64,000 nucleotides of DNA from assembly GCF_006345805.1 (NCBI RefSeq), contig NC_043007.1, forward strand, positions 47,926,001 through 47,990,000. The letters are read 5' to 3'. Within the stretch, counting starts at the first letter, position 1; every line of letters begins with the position of its first letter. The notes under the pieces were generated by a model. The model was not told the origin of the DNA, did not search any database, and was given only the letters and a program-made list of their open reading frames with translations. The position numbers and the translations under genes are program-made. Of this stretch, positions 12,500 through 26,227 are shown one piece after another. This stretch comes from Octopus sinensis (Eukaryota).

Positions 12500-13390
12500 G
12501 TTATCCTATCGACTCGGTTTTCGGTTACTACCATCGTGGTGGACTATTGTGTGCGCGTACGTTGGAGAAACACTCTGGTTTTACTGTAGCGCCGGCTCAG
12601 AGCAGGAGGGTCAAGGCTAAAAAGATATCAGATGCTGAATTTGCTGACGACATAGTTCTAGTGGCAAACATAGTGAGGGAAGTAGCGGAGTTGATGCAAG
12701 AGGTGGAGACTATGTCGATGAGTGTGGGGCTGAAAATGAATGAAATTAAGGCGAAGAATCTGGTAGAGAACATTAAAAAGTCAGAAAAGATTATGTATGT
12801 AGGCGGAAAGCCACTAGAGTTGGTTGAAGACTTCCTGTATCTGGGAGCAAAAATTGGGAACGCAGAGGGTGATATAGTTCAGAAGAGCAAAGCTCATGCC
12901 ACAGTTTGAGATCTGTATGGAAGTCATACCTTCGTAAAGAGCTGAAGATGCGTCTCTTCGTTGCTACAGTGGAGTCTGTGCTGTTGTACGGATGTGAGAC
13001 TTGGACACTGACCAAGAAACTTGCTCAGATGGTGAATGGGTGCTATACGAGAATGCTGAGGATGGTTCTGAACATTAATCAGTATATACTGATGGTGAAG
13101 AACTCAGTGCTGTACGAGAGCCTCTCAGTAGTTAGGTCGAAAATAACACAGAAAAGACTGAGGTTGGCTGGACATGCTCACCGTCATTCAGAGTTGATAC
13201 TGTACTCAGTGCTCCTGTGGGAGCCCTTACACGGACACATTTCAAGAGGGAGACCAAGGATGACATATGTTGATGCCGTAATGACAGACACTGGTCTCTG
13301 GGAGACACAGGACATGGCAGAGACGATGAAGGTCAAAGACCGCTGAAGAGAACTCGTCCATGGATCTTGGTGATTTTACCCGCCCTAGAC
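12500..13390 (+). mobile_element. RTE-clade LINE, 5'-truncated RT fragment
   Basis: EFADDIVL, FLYLG, LLYGCETWTLTK, RLRLAGHAHRH, RGRPRMTYVD motifs, with a frameshift near 12907. Confidence 0.9.
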
Positions 13391-13489
13391 AGATAGACAT
13401 ATACTTATATAGTATGTATGCATGTATGTTTTTATATGCACCCATACACTAAAACTGCATTGACGTTATCTTTCATATAGTTAACATAG

Positions 13490-13700
13490 TGAGCTAGCAG
13501 AACCATTAGTACAGCGGACAAAATACTTAGCGGTCTTTCGTCCGTCCTTACGTTCTGAGTTCAAGTTCCACCGGGGTTGACTTTGTTTTTCATCGTTCAC
13601 AGGTCGATGAAATAAGTAACAGTCAAGTATTGGAGTCGAGCTAATCGACTTCCCCTCCCCTCAAAAATTGCTGGGCCTGAGCCAAAATTTAAAACCGTTA
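13490..13700 (+). mobile_element. SINE family A copy
   Basis: Degenerate family core. Confidence 0.7.
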
Positions 13701-13863
13701 TGTCTACATATAGTAATAAATAAAATGATGAAATATAAGCATTCCTGGTTGAGCTGCTAATTCTGATGTCGGAAACAATAGCAGCATATGCATGTGAAGG
13801 GGTGAAAATCGTGACTCTACATGCTAAGAGCTTTAATGAATGTTTCCCCTTTTTTTATTCAAG

Positions 13864-13955
13864 GAGTGAGCGAAAGTGATAAAGAGAACATTCTTAAACT
13901 GCACAACAACTATCGAAAAAATGTCGATCCTCCTGCTTGTAATATGATAAAACTG
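13864..13955 (+). CDS. CAP/CRISP module 1 exon: GVSESDKENILKLHNNYRKNVDPPACNMIKL
   Basis: AG/GTAAG, 92 nt, phase 1 to 0. Contains the CAP HN..R and P.A.NM..L motifs. Confidence 0.95.
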
Positions 13956-14859
13956 GTAAGTTGTGCTAACTTTAATTTATTCGCGTGTGCAATTAGGGCA
14001 CGTTAAATAATTATTATTGTACAAAGACCTTTGTGGTCGCTCTTCTCCATAGAATTATCAGCCTTTGGGTTTGTTTACAAATTTATATATATACTCGACA
14101 GTAAATACCTATACAATAAATTTGACTGAAATTGAAGGGTGGGTTATATGGGTGAAAGGGATGCGTACGGAGCCATGAAAACGTTGATGTCGTGTTCGAT
14201 CCTCACAGTCATTTGTTTATAGTTTGTCGCTCTTATTGGAGTCTATACTATAATAATTTATTGTATAATAATATATCATTATTATGATAATACATTATAA
14301 ATGTAATAATAATAATTTATATATATTATATATCGATAGATAGATAGATATGCATGCATATATACATTATACGTACGTACATACATACACATTTAGAATG
14401 ACAAACAAGAAATTGAACCCTCACTGCATATGACAGAGTTTAGTATATTTGATTAAAATACATTAAGCAAAATAAAATTACTCGAATTTTTGTTCAATGC
14501 GTACACCCAAATATCATTACGTGGACAAAGGCATTCTGTGAAATTCTGAGACAATGGCTTAGAGTATGTTCTGGGCGTCATGTCTTGTAGCCGAAATGGC
14601 TGCCCCGACGCCTTAAACGTAATATACCTTCAACTACAACAAATATACGTACCTAATATGGCCGCTTTGTGTGGTCCGAACGTCCTATGCTACGCTAGAG
14701 TGTGAACAGCTAGGAAATTAAACCTCAACTTATTTTAGACGTATATACTTGGTATTCTCTTATTCTTTTGTTAAGGAGCTGTAACAAATGAATATATAAA
14801 CGTATGTGAGCATACATGCATGTTCATATGTATATTCAATTCAATTTCTATCATTTCAG

Positions 14860-14950
14860 TACTGGGATAATGACTTGGCATATGTGGCACAAAAATGGGC
14901 CGATAATTGTGAATTTGACCACGACAAGGGAAACAAAAGGAGAGTACCAG
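14860..14950 (+). CDS. CAP/CRISP module 1 exon: YWDNDLAYVAQKWADNCEFDHDKGNKRRVP
   Basis: ttcAG/GTAAG, 91 nt, phase 0 to 1. W...LA..AQ.WA..C.F.H CAP motif. Confidence 0.95.
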
Positions 14951-15503
14951 GTAAGCATGTTTATTTTGCTACATTTCAAGTCACTAACTAACATTTACAA
15001 CCATGACAAGCTACCAACTGAACTGGGTATTGGAAGGACCATAATCCTTCAAGCGAACTACGATACTCTCCCTTGCTTCTATATTTCCAGAGTCAAAAGA
15101 ATAAGTACCTTTGAAATGCTGGTATCAGCATTCGAAATGCTGTATTCTTCTCTCTCAGAATAATGGTTTCTGATAGGAAGCTATTAATAATAACTACTTG
15201 CGGATCTGTGGAACTTCCACAGAGAAAAAAAAAACTAGTTGGTTATCTTATTTCTGAAAATATTAATATCCCTACATAATAATAGCCGATATAAATGTTT
15301 GTTTGTTTGTTGGCTGGTTGGTTAATTTGTTGGTTGGTTGGTTGGTTGGTTGGTTGGTTGGTATCTCCGGTCACGATTTACATTATATAAAAAGAGGTGC
15401 GGGGAAAGTAAACAATAGATATAGACTTAACATAAGAGTTGCAGGAGAACTGAAGGAAATATATATACGCAAATATATACATACACACACGAATATATAT
15501 ATA

Positions 15504-17153
15504 CAGCTGTGGAAAAAAGTTTAGCACCACCTTTAATTTTCAGCAAAAACACATAACACAAACATTTCTGCAGATATAAAGCTAGCACCATGAATGAATG
15601 ACACAAGAAACGTTATTGCAAGTACAAATTCTAGACATGTCAGTATCTGGAACTGGAGCCTTTGTTTCGTACAATTTTTTCCAGATGTATCAGCAGATGT
15701 ACCAGCCTACGACAAGCATCCCGATCAATTTCTTTGATTCACATTTTCTTTATGGATGCCTTCAATTCTTCAACATTTTGGGGATGTTTATAAGAAATTT
15801 CTTCTTCATAATCAACCAAATGCCGGGCCATTCCACAACACTGATTTTTGCTCGGAGCAAGAATGCTTTCATTTTTTTAGTGTGGCAAAGAGCATTATAT
15901 TGCTGGAAAATAGTCGTCTGGTAACTCTACATACATAGAAGCATTTTTTCTTCCGTAATTTCTTGATACACCTTAGAATTGACAGTTCTTCATTTTGGTA
16001 GAAAGTAAAGGCTTCCACGTCCATGCCAGCTAAAACAACCCCAAACCATTATTTTGGCAGGGTGCTTCATCGTAGAAACGGTGTATTTGGGCTCAAAACG
16101 ACAGTTAACTGGTCTACGAACCCATTTAACATATGCTCCAAACTGTTGGAATGTGCACTCAACTGAAAAGAGAACTTGCTTCCATTGATCAACTGGCCTC
16201 TTGCAGTACTTACGTCCATTCAAAAGTGGTTTTCGGACTGGCCATCTGGCACACAGTTTCAGTTTCCTACACAACAAATTCCGAATTGTTCTGGTAGTTG
16301 GCAACTTATTATCCGTGATGTAGTTGCACTCGGACAGATGTTTTCAGATACGAGCAGATGTTAGCCGAGGATCTTCGGTAAGCAAACGTTTAACCGTTCT
16401 CGTCAGACGTGAAGTAAAAAAACACTTGGCCTTCCACTTCTGGATCTGCTTTCAAAACTTTCTTCTTTGGCATGTCTTGTAATTGTTCCAATAACTGTAG
16501 TATGGTGACATTTTAGTCGAAAGGTTATGGCTCGGCGTGATAATCTTTCATTATGAAGAGCAATGATTTGTGCACTGACTTCGCAAGAAAGTTTACTATT
16601 CCGTCCCATTCTGCAAAATAAACATTTAGATTTAGAATATGTTTACACATGCTCAACATGGTGCAAAAAGATAATAAATATACGCAAAAGGGTTTAAACT
16701 ATTAATTAATAATAGGCAAAAAAAGAAATACAGTTGCTATACAGCAAAGAAAAGCTCTTGTGTATGTACTGTACTTGTTCAGTGCAGTGCCCACAGCATT
16801 CTTTGTAAAAGTTGCACAAATATAAAGTGTACAGGCAAAAATTAAAAAATGAACAAGCTATTTGTGCAACGCTATACAACAAAAGTGTTAAAAACTAGGA
16901 ATAAATACGAAAAAGGTTTACAAATACAACTGGGACAGGATTGCAATTTACCTGAAAATAGGTAACTACTAGACAATACATATTAAGCTGAATACCTCAC
17001 ATTATTAACATTATCTGAAAAAGTAAACACTGCTAATTTGTAAACAAAGTCAAAGATAAAACTGTCGTCTATTTAAACAACATTAAATAAGTAAATTTTA
17101 TCGTTAGCAATAATAACAAGAATTGAGTGGTGCTAAACTTTTTCCCACATCAG
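15504..17153 (-). mobile_element. Tc1-like DNA transposon, ~1.65 kb, degenerate transposase
   Basis: TIRs cagctgtggaaaaaagtttagcaccac / gtggtgctaaactttttcccacatcag, flanked by TA on both sides. ORFs 16403..16609 (paired-like HTH, RSGRP) and 15990..16304 (RKPLLN, TMKHPAKIMVWGCFS). Confidence 0.93.
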
Positions 17154-17169
17154 TATATGTGTGTGTAAA

Positions 17170-17400
17170 AGGCGGCGAGCTGGCAGAAACGTTAGCACGC
17201 TGGGCGAAATGCTTAGCTGTATTTCGTTTGCCGTTACGTTCTGAGTTCAAATTCCATCGAGGTCGACTTTGCCTTTCATTCTTTCGGGGTCGATAAATTA
17301 AGTACCAGTTACGCACTGGGGTCGATGTAATCGACTTGATCCGTTTGTCTGTCCTTGTTTGTCCCCTCTATGTTTAGCTCCTTGTGGGTAATAAAGAAAC
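17170..17400 (+). mobile_element. SINE family A copy (well preserved)
   Basis: ggcggcgagctggcagaaacgttagcacg...gagttcaaattcc (B-box-like)...gtcgactttgcctttcat. Confidence 0.85.
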
Positions 17401-18114
17401 AGGTATATGTGTGTGTGTGTGCTGTGCATGTATGTGTGTTTGTGTGTGTATGTATGTACGTATATATGGTGAGAGAGGTTGTGAGAGAATGTGTGCGTGT
17501 GAACTTCCATAATACAAAATCAACACGGAGGGTAGGTAATTTTGTTTTCAGTTTTTTTTTTTTTGCTATTTGAATTTTGTTTTGTAAATTTTATTTTAAG
17601 GTAATTAATACTTTTCTTTTGAAAACTAATATTCATTTCTTCATTTTCAAGAAGCATCAACAAGTCCAATAAAAGTTGAACTATAATTATTGTTTGTACA
17701 AAGCAAATTTCTAAAGTTACCCGTTATCTGACGTATAATTCGTAATATATAATTATGTGGTAGCACAAACGTAAGTCAAAATCAAAATTCTGTTTTACAT
17801 AACTCAAATGAAAGTATAAATAAGAATATTTAAACGAATCCGATGACGAAACTTCAATGTATATTCATGTATTTATGCATATCATGACTTCACTGCGCAC
17901 ATTATTTTGGGTCGAGCTTTGTTTATTATCATAGCAAATCGAACTGGGACCTAAGTTCCCTTCATAGTTTAGTTGAATTTCACTTAGTTGTCATGAAATG
18001 GAAACGTACCAGTAATATATTGAAGTAAGTTTATTAGATCACAATATATTTCTTTAAGATTGACAAAGTAAACTGTGGCTTTAGTTAAAGTGTATTTTTT
18101 TTTTCTATTATTAG

Positions 18115-18254
18115 GAAAATTTTCTGTTGGACAGAACTTGGCGCAGGGACACACCGATTGGGAAGCTGCAATTAAGGGGTGGTACAGTGAAGTGAAAGAT
18201 TTCCAGTATGGTGTAAACACCCAAAATACGGTGGCTGTCGGACACTACACTCAG
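18115..18254 (+). CDS. CAP/CRISP module 1 exon: GKFSVGQNLAQGHTDWEAAIKGWYSEVKDFQYGVNTQNTVAVGHYTQ
   Basis: AG/GTAAG, 140 nt, phase 1 to 0. GQNL, W..E and GHYTQ signature motifs. Confidence 0.97.
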
Positions 18255-18404
18255 GTAAGATAAATCAGGTATATATATGTATGTATGTAAATAATATACA
18301 TACATATGTGTGTGTATGTACATGAATATGTATGCACACACACACACACACACACACTCTCTCTCTCTCTTCTTCTTCTTCTGCATATATATATATATAT
18401 GTCT

Positions 18405-18798
18405 TTACTTGTTTCAGTCATTTGACTGCGGCCATGCTGGAGCACCGCCTTTTAATCGAGCAACTCGACCCCAGGACTTATTCTTTGTAAGCCCAATACT
18501 TATTCTATCGGTCTCTTTTGCCGAACCGCTAAGTTACGGGGACATAAGCACACCAGCATCGGTTGTCAAGCAATGCTAGGGGAACAAACACAAACATACA
18601 CGCACACACATATATACATATATATACATATATACGACAGGCTTCTTTCAGTTTCCGTCTACCAAATCCACTCACAAGGCTTTGGTCGGCCCGAGGCTAT
18701 AGCAGAAGACACTTGCCCAAGGTGCCACGCAGTGGAACTGAACCCGGAACCATGTGGTTGGTAAACAAGCTACTTACCACACAGCCACTCCTGCGCCT
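18405..18798 (-). mobile_element. SINE family B copy
   Basis: Full copy from ttttacttgtttcagtcatttgactgcggcc to acagccactcctgcgcc. Confidence 0.88.
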
Positions 18799-18841
18799 AT
18801 ATATATATATATGCAAAAAGAGAGGGAGGGAGTGTGTGATT

Positions 18842-18879
<38 letters not shown>

Positions 18880-19088
18880 AAGAGAGAGAGAGAGAGAGAG
18901 AGAGAAAAAGAGAGAGAGAGAGAGAGAGAAACACACACATACCTACAAACGTGCACACATTGTTATTTTATTCAGAAATTTTTTAAAAACACTAAATATT
19001 GTGAAATTCTTTGGTTTTGTTTAACGAAACATAACAGTATTCTCTCTGAGTTGTGAAACTTTCTGCACTAATCATATTATATTATGAG

Positions 19089-19145
<57 letters not shown>

Positions 19146-19309
19146 GTTCTGTGTTTAAATTCAGCTGAAGTCGACTTTCATCCTTTCTGGGGTCGATAAA
19201 TTAAGTAGCAGTTGTGTACTGGAGACCGGCCCCCTCTCCCATCAAATTTCAGGACTTGTGCCTATAGTAGAAAAGATTGTTAGTGTCAATACTATTGAGA
19301 TGTTTTTTT

Positions 19310-19562
19310 TTACTCTTTTACTCTTTTACTTGTTTCAGTCATTTGACTGCGGCAATGCTGGAGCACCGCCTTTAGTCGAGCAAATCGACCCCAGGACTTA
19401 TTCTTTGGAAGCCTGGTACTTATTCTATCGGTCTCTTTTGCCGAACCGCTAAGTTACGGGAACTTAAACACACCAGCATCGGTTGTCAAGCGATGTTGGG
19501 GGGACAAACACAGACACACACATACATACATACATACATACATATATACATACATACATACA

Positions 19563-19596
<34 letters not shown>

Positions 19597-19760
19597 CGAC
19601 AGGCTTCTTTCAGTTTCCATCTACCAAATCCACTCACAAGGCTTTGGTCGGTCCGAGGCTATAGTAGAAGACACTTGCCCAAAGTGCCACGCAGTGGGAA
19701 TGAACCTGGAACCATGTGGTTGGTAAGCAAGCCCCTTACCACACAGCCACTCATGCGCCT
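19310..19760 (-). mobile_element. SINE family B copy
   Basis: Highly similar to 18405-18798. Confidence 0.88.
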
Positions 19761-20403
19761 GTTTGCTAAGATGTTTATTATAATATAATTTAAAAGTTGA
19801 TATTTAGATCAGAAACAATGACTAAAAGAATGTCTAAGTGCATCTTCCGACTATCTATTGTTTCCATCACATAAAATTTTCCAATGGTGCCAAGGTCGGT
19901 ACCGCCCACTGAGAAGCACTGGCCTATATCTTATCTAGTTGAAGGTAAGTGAATTGATTGCAACTTACTAAACCAGTGCTTAACAAAATGGGTGGTAAAC
20001 TCACTCAAGAAGTGATGGAAAACTTTATCTGCGACTGACGACAAAGGGTAAGTAGGAAAGTCATAGACGCATCTAAACAGTTCTTTCAGTTTTGTTTCCT
20101 AATTAAATATCAACTTTTTTAATGAACTTAATTATATTTCGTAAAACTGCTTGCTAGTCACAGTCACATCTTTTGGAACTTCTACTGTTTAACAACTATT
20201 GCTTTTTGCCTCTCAGTAGCATCATTATTGGGAAATGGGAAAGAAAAAAAGCAGTCTGAAATATAGTAGCAGAATACCTAGCATATTTTAGATTAGTGGA
20301 AGCAATATATACCAGGTCATCAAAAATATTTGTAATATTTCCTTTTCTATTTACCTTTACCGTTATAATGTATCTAATATTGTCGCAATCTCTCAATTTA
20401 CAG

Positions 20404-20492
20404 ATAGTTTGGGCATCTTCAACAAGAATAGGCTGTGGCTATGCCAAATGTTCAAACATTAGGACGTTTTACGTATGCAATTATGGTCCGGC
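20404..20492 (+). CDS. CAP/CRISP module 1 exon: IVWASSTRIGCGYAKCSNIRTFYVCNYGP(A)
   Basis: cAG/GTAAG, 89 nt, phase 0 to 2. Completes GHYTQIVWA and carries the YVCNYGP CAP signature. Confidence 0.97.
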
Positions 20493-21599
20493 GTAAGTTG
20501 ACTTCTATATTACTAAATGCTAATTTACTATTGTTAACTATAACTCTGATTAGCACGCTATTTAGCTGATTGATAAATGGATGGAGGTGCCTATATATGT
20601 GTACCTTAGCACATGGCTGTTTATTTGCTTCATGACTATTTTTTATTGTTTTCTCTTCTTTCGATTCCTAATCTATTAATGTTCTATGAAGTAAGGTAAA
20701 TAAGCATATTCCATAAATTTCCACTTGACAGTAATTATTTCTATATTTGATAAAATGACACGCTAATAAAATGTTTAAGCCTTTAGCATTCAGATTACTG
20801 TCAAATGATATTCTCATTTATTCTCATTGTTTTTAATTGATCATAGCTTTGAGATGTCGATAATGTGATTGTTTAGTTTTTAAATGACATTGTAGGGTAG
20901 GTATGAGAGGCTAGATTTGATTGGTTTGAGTATAAAACAGGTAGAATATTTTGTCCAGATATAGCTAGTTTAAATCCTAAAGGGTCAGTTAGTAAGTTAC
21001 TGATTATGTCATGCTGATGACTTCCAAAATGAATGAAATAGTACTATGCATGACTACCAAAGACTTAAAAATTTTCAAATTTAGTAAAAAGAAAAATGAT
21101 ATGTGGATTCTATGCGTCTTTTTCCTTATAATTCCTTAATTTTAGCTCAAAATTTTAAATCCTGCTTCGTATTATAGCGAAATAATTATCTCCTTTGTAA
21201 TAGTGACCACATGTGCTTTATATTCTTTCCTTAAAAGCTTCAGTCAGCTTCTTGCTGACTAGCCCCAATATATGCATATATATTACATTACAATGTATAA
21301 AATTGACATTTACTTTTTATGTTTTAAAATATTGAAAATAATATAGCTGATTTATAACTTACTCGGAGGATTTCACTGCATATAAAAAATATTGAAATTC
21401 TTGCTACAGATGTAGGAAGTAGTCATAAAACGTTCATGATCCTGTTTCTTACATTGAAATTCGTTCTGCAGCCACCAAACAATTCGTGGTTCGACCTGTT
21501 GCGTCTCATCTAGATGGGTCTAGATGAAATGATCATTAAAAGATCGGGATCAGGCCACGTCATTGTTAAGGTTCGTGATATCAGTTCTAAAGTCACGCG

Positions 21600-21712
21600 A
21601 CACCAGTGCTAATTTTAAGCCATGTGGCATCAGTGCTAATTTTAAGACATGGTATCAGTGTTAAAGTTTAAGTGACGCTAAATCAATTAAAATCATTTGA
21701 TATCAGTGATTT
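21600..21712. repeat. Short tandem repeat, 3-4 diverging units of about 25 bp
   Basis: cagtgctaattttaag(c/a)catg repeated. Confidence 0.7.
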
Positions 21713-21819
21713 TAAATAAATAATTTAATATTTAATCTTGTCTCTTATAAAATTTCAGTATAAACCTGTGGTCACATCGAAAGAATATTTATAATTATAT
21801 TAACTGATATTTCTTCCAG

Positions 21820-21884
21820 AGGTAATTTAATAGGTAAAATTGGGGAACCATATACAAAATGTGACACGAAGGCTACAATAAAGG
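21820..21884 (+). CDS. CAP/CRISP module 1 exon: (A)GNLIGKIGEPYTKCDTKATIK
   Basis: ttcttccAG/GTAAG, 65 nt, phase 2 to 1. Completes PAGN......PY. Confidence 0.93.
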
Positions 21885-21949
21885 GTAAGCTTCTTATAAA
21901 TAACTATTTCTTCATTATATATTTTCAGTGTGATAGATTAAGGTTGTGA

Positions 21950-22160
21950 GCAGTCAGAATCGTTAGCGCGCCGGAATAAATGTTCAGCAGCATTTCGTCC
22001 GTCTTTATGTTCTGAGTTCAAATTCCATGGAGGTCGTTTTCACCTTTCATCATTTTTCGGTCGCTAAAATAAGTACATAAGTACCATTTGAGCACTGGGG
22101 TTGATGTAATCGACTTAGCCCCTCCCTAAAATTGCTGGCCTTGTACCAAAATTTGAAACC
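21950..22160 (+). mobile_element. SINE family A copy
   Basis: Family core. Further partial copies lie at ~22175-22270 and 23065-23190. Confidence 0.75.
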
Positions 22161-23597
22161 ATTAATTGTTGTAGATTGACAGAATCGTTAGTGTCGGACA
22201 AAATGCATTGCCTTATTTATTTCGGCTCGGTACGTTCTAGGTTCAAATACCAACCATGTTAACTTTGGAGTCGTTCAGTTCAACTAAATAATTAAATACG
22301 CCAGTCGGTAGGCTGTTGCAATTCTGGGCGACATTCCCTGGAGTTTCTTTATTTTTGTCCTAGATAAAAATAAAACCGCTAATAACACTTTCCTTCAACT
22401 ATCGACTTCCATGACTGACATAACTTGGATGATTTGACAAAATCTAATGAGCTGTAAAGTTGTGTCATGTTCCAATATCTACATGTATTTTAGTGTGGTT
22501 TCTACAGCTTGATGCCAACTGATTTACTAAAAGTACTGGGTGCTTTTTCGTATCAGCAGCACTACTGAAGACTGCCTTATAACTTGAAATGTTAAGGGCC
22601 TAAAGTGATCCCTATAATTGAAGGACAATAGAAAAGAGAGTAAGCAATTATTCTAGATGAAGTGATAAGAAGATGGGTGTATGGCAAGGAATGAGAGAAG
22701 GGATTAATATGGTGTTATTGAGAAAAAGATGGGAATGGAATTGAAAGATAGCAAAAACAAATTCGGTATTACTCCTTCATTACTGGCGGCGGATGCAAAG
22801 TATTTAGATACATTCTTTTGTATTCTAAGTTGCATTTTAACCTTCAAACTCTGATAAAAATGTACATTCATATAATGAAGTCGAGCTAATGAGCTATACT
22901 TTCTCCATTGATATATTACATGATTACTCCTTCATTAAACATTTTCTAATTAGGTATAGGTAATTGTGAATCGCTCTGAAGATATTCATGAGGTGAAGTG
23001 GTTTAATGAGATCTACAAATTAAGCTAATTATGCATATTTATTTGCTTATTGAGGCCCATTAAAGTGGTGAGCTGTTAGAATCGTTAGCACGTCGGGAAA
23101 ATGCTCGGCTGCATTTCGTTCATCTTTATGTTCTAGTTCAAATTCCATCGAGGTCATTTTTACCTTTCATCCTTTTGCGGTCGATAAAATAAGCTCTAAA
23201 AACTTTTAAAACCATAGACCACACGGGCTAAAGCAGCAAGAGAAAACTCTACCTGAAAAGAGAGGATGGTCACGACAAGAATGCTCTTCAGAGAACACAG
23301 GTATTAGACATCAATATAAATGTGAAGCTTGTTAACAATGTTATTTAACTTCCTGTTTGCTCCGATGTATAACCAAAGTGTTCCAGCCATCAATATCCCA
23401 TCCTATTTGTAGATAATATAGGACTGCATTATCCAAAGTGTCCTTCCTATTTTAGGAATGTAATGTGTTGCTTGTTGTTGCTATTTGTAACATGCCGGGC
23501 TACTACATAGAGGTTCTGTCATTGACTCCAGTGTAGGTTGTCTTTGTTTAATTTCTATTGTGAAAAAATATTAACTGAAACTCACATTCAATTTCAG

Positions 23598-23699
23598 ATT
23601 GTAAATCGAGTGTCTGCTACAACGGAGGTGTACTAGACACAAAGACTTGTGAGTGTACATGCCTGGAAAAAGAGAACATAAAGGGGCCGAAATGCACAT
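23598..23699 (+). CDS. CAP/CRISP module 1 exon: EGF-like domain DCKSSVCYNGGVLDTKTCECTCLEKENIKGPKCT
   Basis: tttcAG/GTAAG, 102 nt, symmetric phase 1-1. Six Cys with C.NGG, C.C and G..C. Confidence 0.92.
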
Positions 23700-24289
23700 G
23701 TAAGTTTTCAAACAATTTTTATGACAAATTATTACATGTTACTTGATATGAGCCAGTGATGTTGCTCTGTCTATGTTATCGATATTAATACGTCAGTGAA
23801 GATTCTTGATCGAACGGTTTGGGTTTAGGCTAATGATCGTAAGGTGGACAATTCGATTCTTGTACCAGACAGCTTGTTGTGTCCTTAAGCAAGGTACTTC
23901 ATGTTGCTCCATCAACTCAGCTGAAAGTGAGTACCAGCTGAGTGCTGATGCAGCTCAATGTCCATCCAGGTGTCACAACTTGGATATTCAACAGGGCTAA
24001 GTTGAAGGATCAGTAAGGGTTCTATGTTTGCTAGTGACTATATAGGTACTTAAAACAACTGGCGAAATTATAGTACATGCTACCAGGTCATACTCATTTG
24101 TGAGTAACGGCTTAACTTCAACCACTATGTCGATCATTCCCCATCAAAATACTTCAATCCAAACAACAGCATCAGGAAATTGTATATCACCTACACCTCC
24201 ACCACTACACGATTAATTTTCTAGTATTTTGTTAAATTTTTTATTATTTGGATGGCAAAGATTACTGGGGCCATGGAAATCCACCTGTT

Positions 24290-24990
24290 TCTAATTCTAT
24301 AATAGTCATGTGAACGATTTTTCGTCTCTTTGGGCCGATGGCCTCCTATCAGCTCGCCCAATTGCAGCCTGAACTGATGGAGTTCCCGCTAATCCTCGCT
24401 CTATCAACTCTGGTGTACATCTAGGGGTAGTTTATTCCACACACTCCCCATGCTCTTCCCCCCATATATCATTGACTTTCAGCAACACATACCCCGCTTC
24501 CTAAACTTCTTCAACCAAACGTCATCTGCATACAATCTAGAACCCTCACACGAAATTGCTACTGGTTCCATGAACAAAGATCTCATAAGTTTTTCCCAAT
24601 GAGGTCATGCTAGTGCTGTCTTCCTCAACAGAATAAAGCAACACTCACAACACATATAAAACAAAAGTGCTATCTCACTTCACCCTCACCTAAACTTGAA
24701 CAGTACGCCACTTGAACTGTGAAGGTCGTTACAAATGATAGATCCCACCTGTATTGAAGATCTTACCTGATGACTGCACATCATAGAAATTACATTCCAT
24801 TTTTGAGGCAGAAATACTTCAGCTACTAACAACTTTTGGCCACCTACAAATCTCAGGTAAGATCTATGATGGAATACTTCTGCCAAATCTGGGATGATGC
24901 TTCTAATCACACAAATCCCCTCCACTACATCTAAAGAAAGGCCACTCAACCGATTGGGTTGAAGTCACCCACAGACATTCTCCAGTGATA
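24290..24990 (+). mobile_element. Highly decayed LINE RT fragment
   Basis: atcaactctggtgtacatctaggggtagtt reads INSGVHLGVV, resembling the RT motif GVPQGSVL. The rest is heavily disrupted. Confidence 0.4.
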
Positions 24991-26227
24991 AGGCAGTTGG
25001 AATACCTAGCGGCATTTGTTACGACGCTCTGGATGCAAATCCTACTGCGGCCGAATTTTATTTTCATCTTTTCGGGGTGTGATTCTATAGAATGGGAAAC
25101 AATTCAGAGAACTGAATAAGTAGATGTTGAAGTATCAGACCGGATAACTTTGCGGCGTTTCTTCTGGATATTTGCGTTCAGAGTTCAAATCCACAATCCG
25201 TTTGCCTACTTATGTCATAGACTTAACTCGTTACCCGGTTTCACACCAACACTTGGTACTTTGGGTGCTTTTAGCGGATTCCGCTCTGTTACAAATATTT
25301 GAATCAGTTCCACCCGGAAAGGGCCATGGATACTATTTTTTCTCCTATCTAAAGAGGTTAAAAAGAATTGTAAGATGCCGTTTCTACCACTACTACTGCA
25401 GTCTTTGCTTGTCGAAGGAAGTAATCTTGTGTTACGTCTACTCGACCACTTTTAAATCAGTTGTTTCTCTTCCTCTCACTATCACCACCGTACTACCCAA
25501 GTTCCTGCACTAGCCACTACATCCATTCTTTTTTCTCCGTCTTTTCTCCGAAAATCCTTAGCATTCGTTGACTTGTGTCCAAGAGAAACGCTAACCACGT
25601 CAGTCTCATCTCGAGGGACCCGCGAACATTAAGGTCACAGCCCCAATGATTCTTTTAATAAGTGAAGAAGTATCTATATCAATCCTTAGAAATCTTCCTT
25701 TCAAACACTCATAACGTTTGCATAATAGCAAAAATTATTGGCTAAATCGAAGAGCTATATTATTAATAATTCAAAATTTTTACCAAAAAGTCAAGAACTG
25801 TACCGAGGAATACCGCAATGTAGATTTATAAACATTGATATTTGCAAACTTTTACGGTGCTATAAAAAAGTTGAACCCCACAGTTTAATGGTCTTCACTA
25901 ATCATCGTATAAAAAGAAACCCGTTTTTCTTGTCAGTACTAGGAGCAATAGTAACAGGATGATTCAAAGGGGAATATATAGACTTTATGCTAAATGTTCA
26001 CATTAGTCTAAGTATTCGGGGATCACTCGCTCACTGAATTGTAGACTTCCTTTGTCAACAACGTTATAGATGTTAGATATGTGAAATGTAAGCCGAAGAT
26101 TTAGAATATTTCCTATTGACTTGAGAGACCTGAATTTTGTTTTTTATACATGGAAAAAGTCCTTTGTGCAACATTACTTCAATATGTATTGCCTTCTGTT
26201 AACTTCTTTCTGTTTTATTCCTTTCAG

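Noticed and set aside
21600-21712. Repeat-spacer pattern reminiscent of a CRISPR array
   Set aside because: Eukaryotic intron, units are adjacent and decaying, no unique spacers of regular length and no cas genes.
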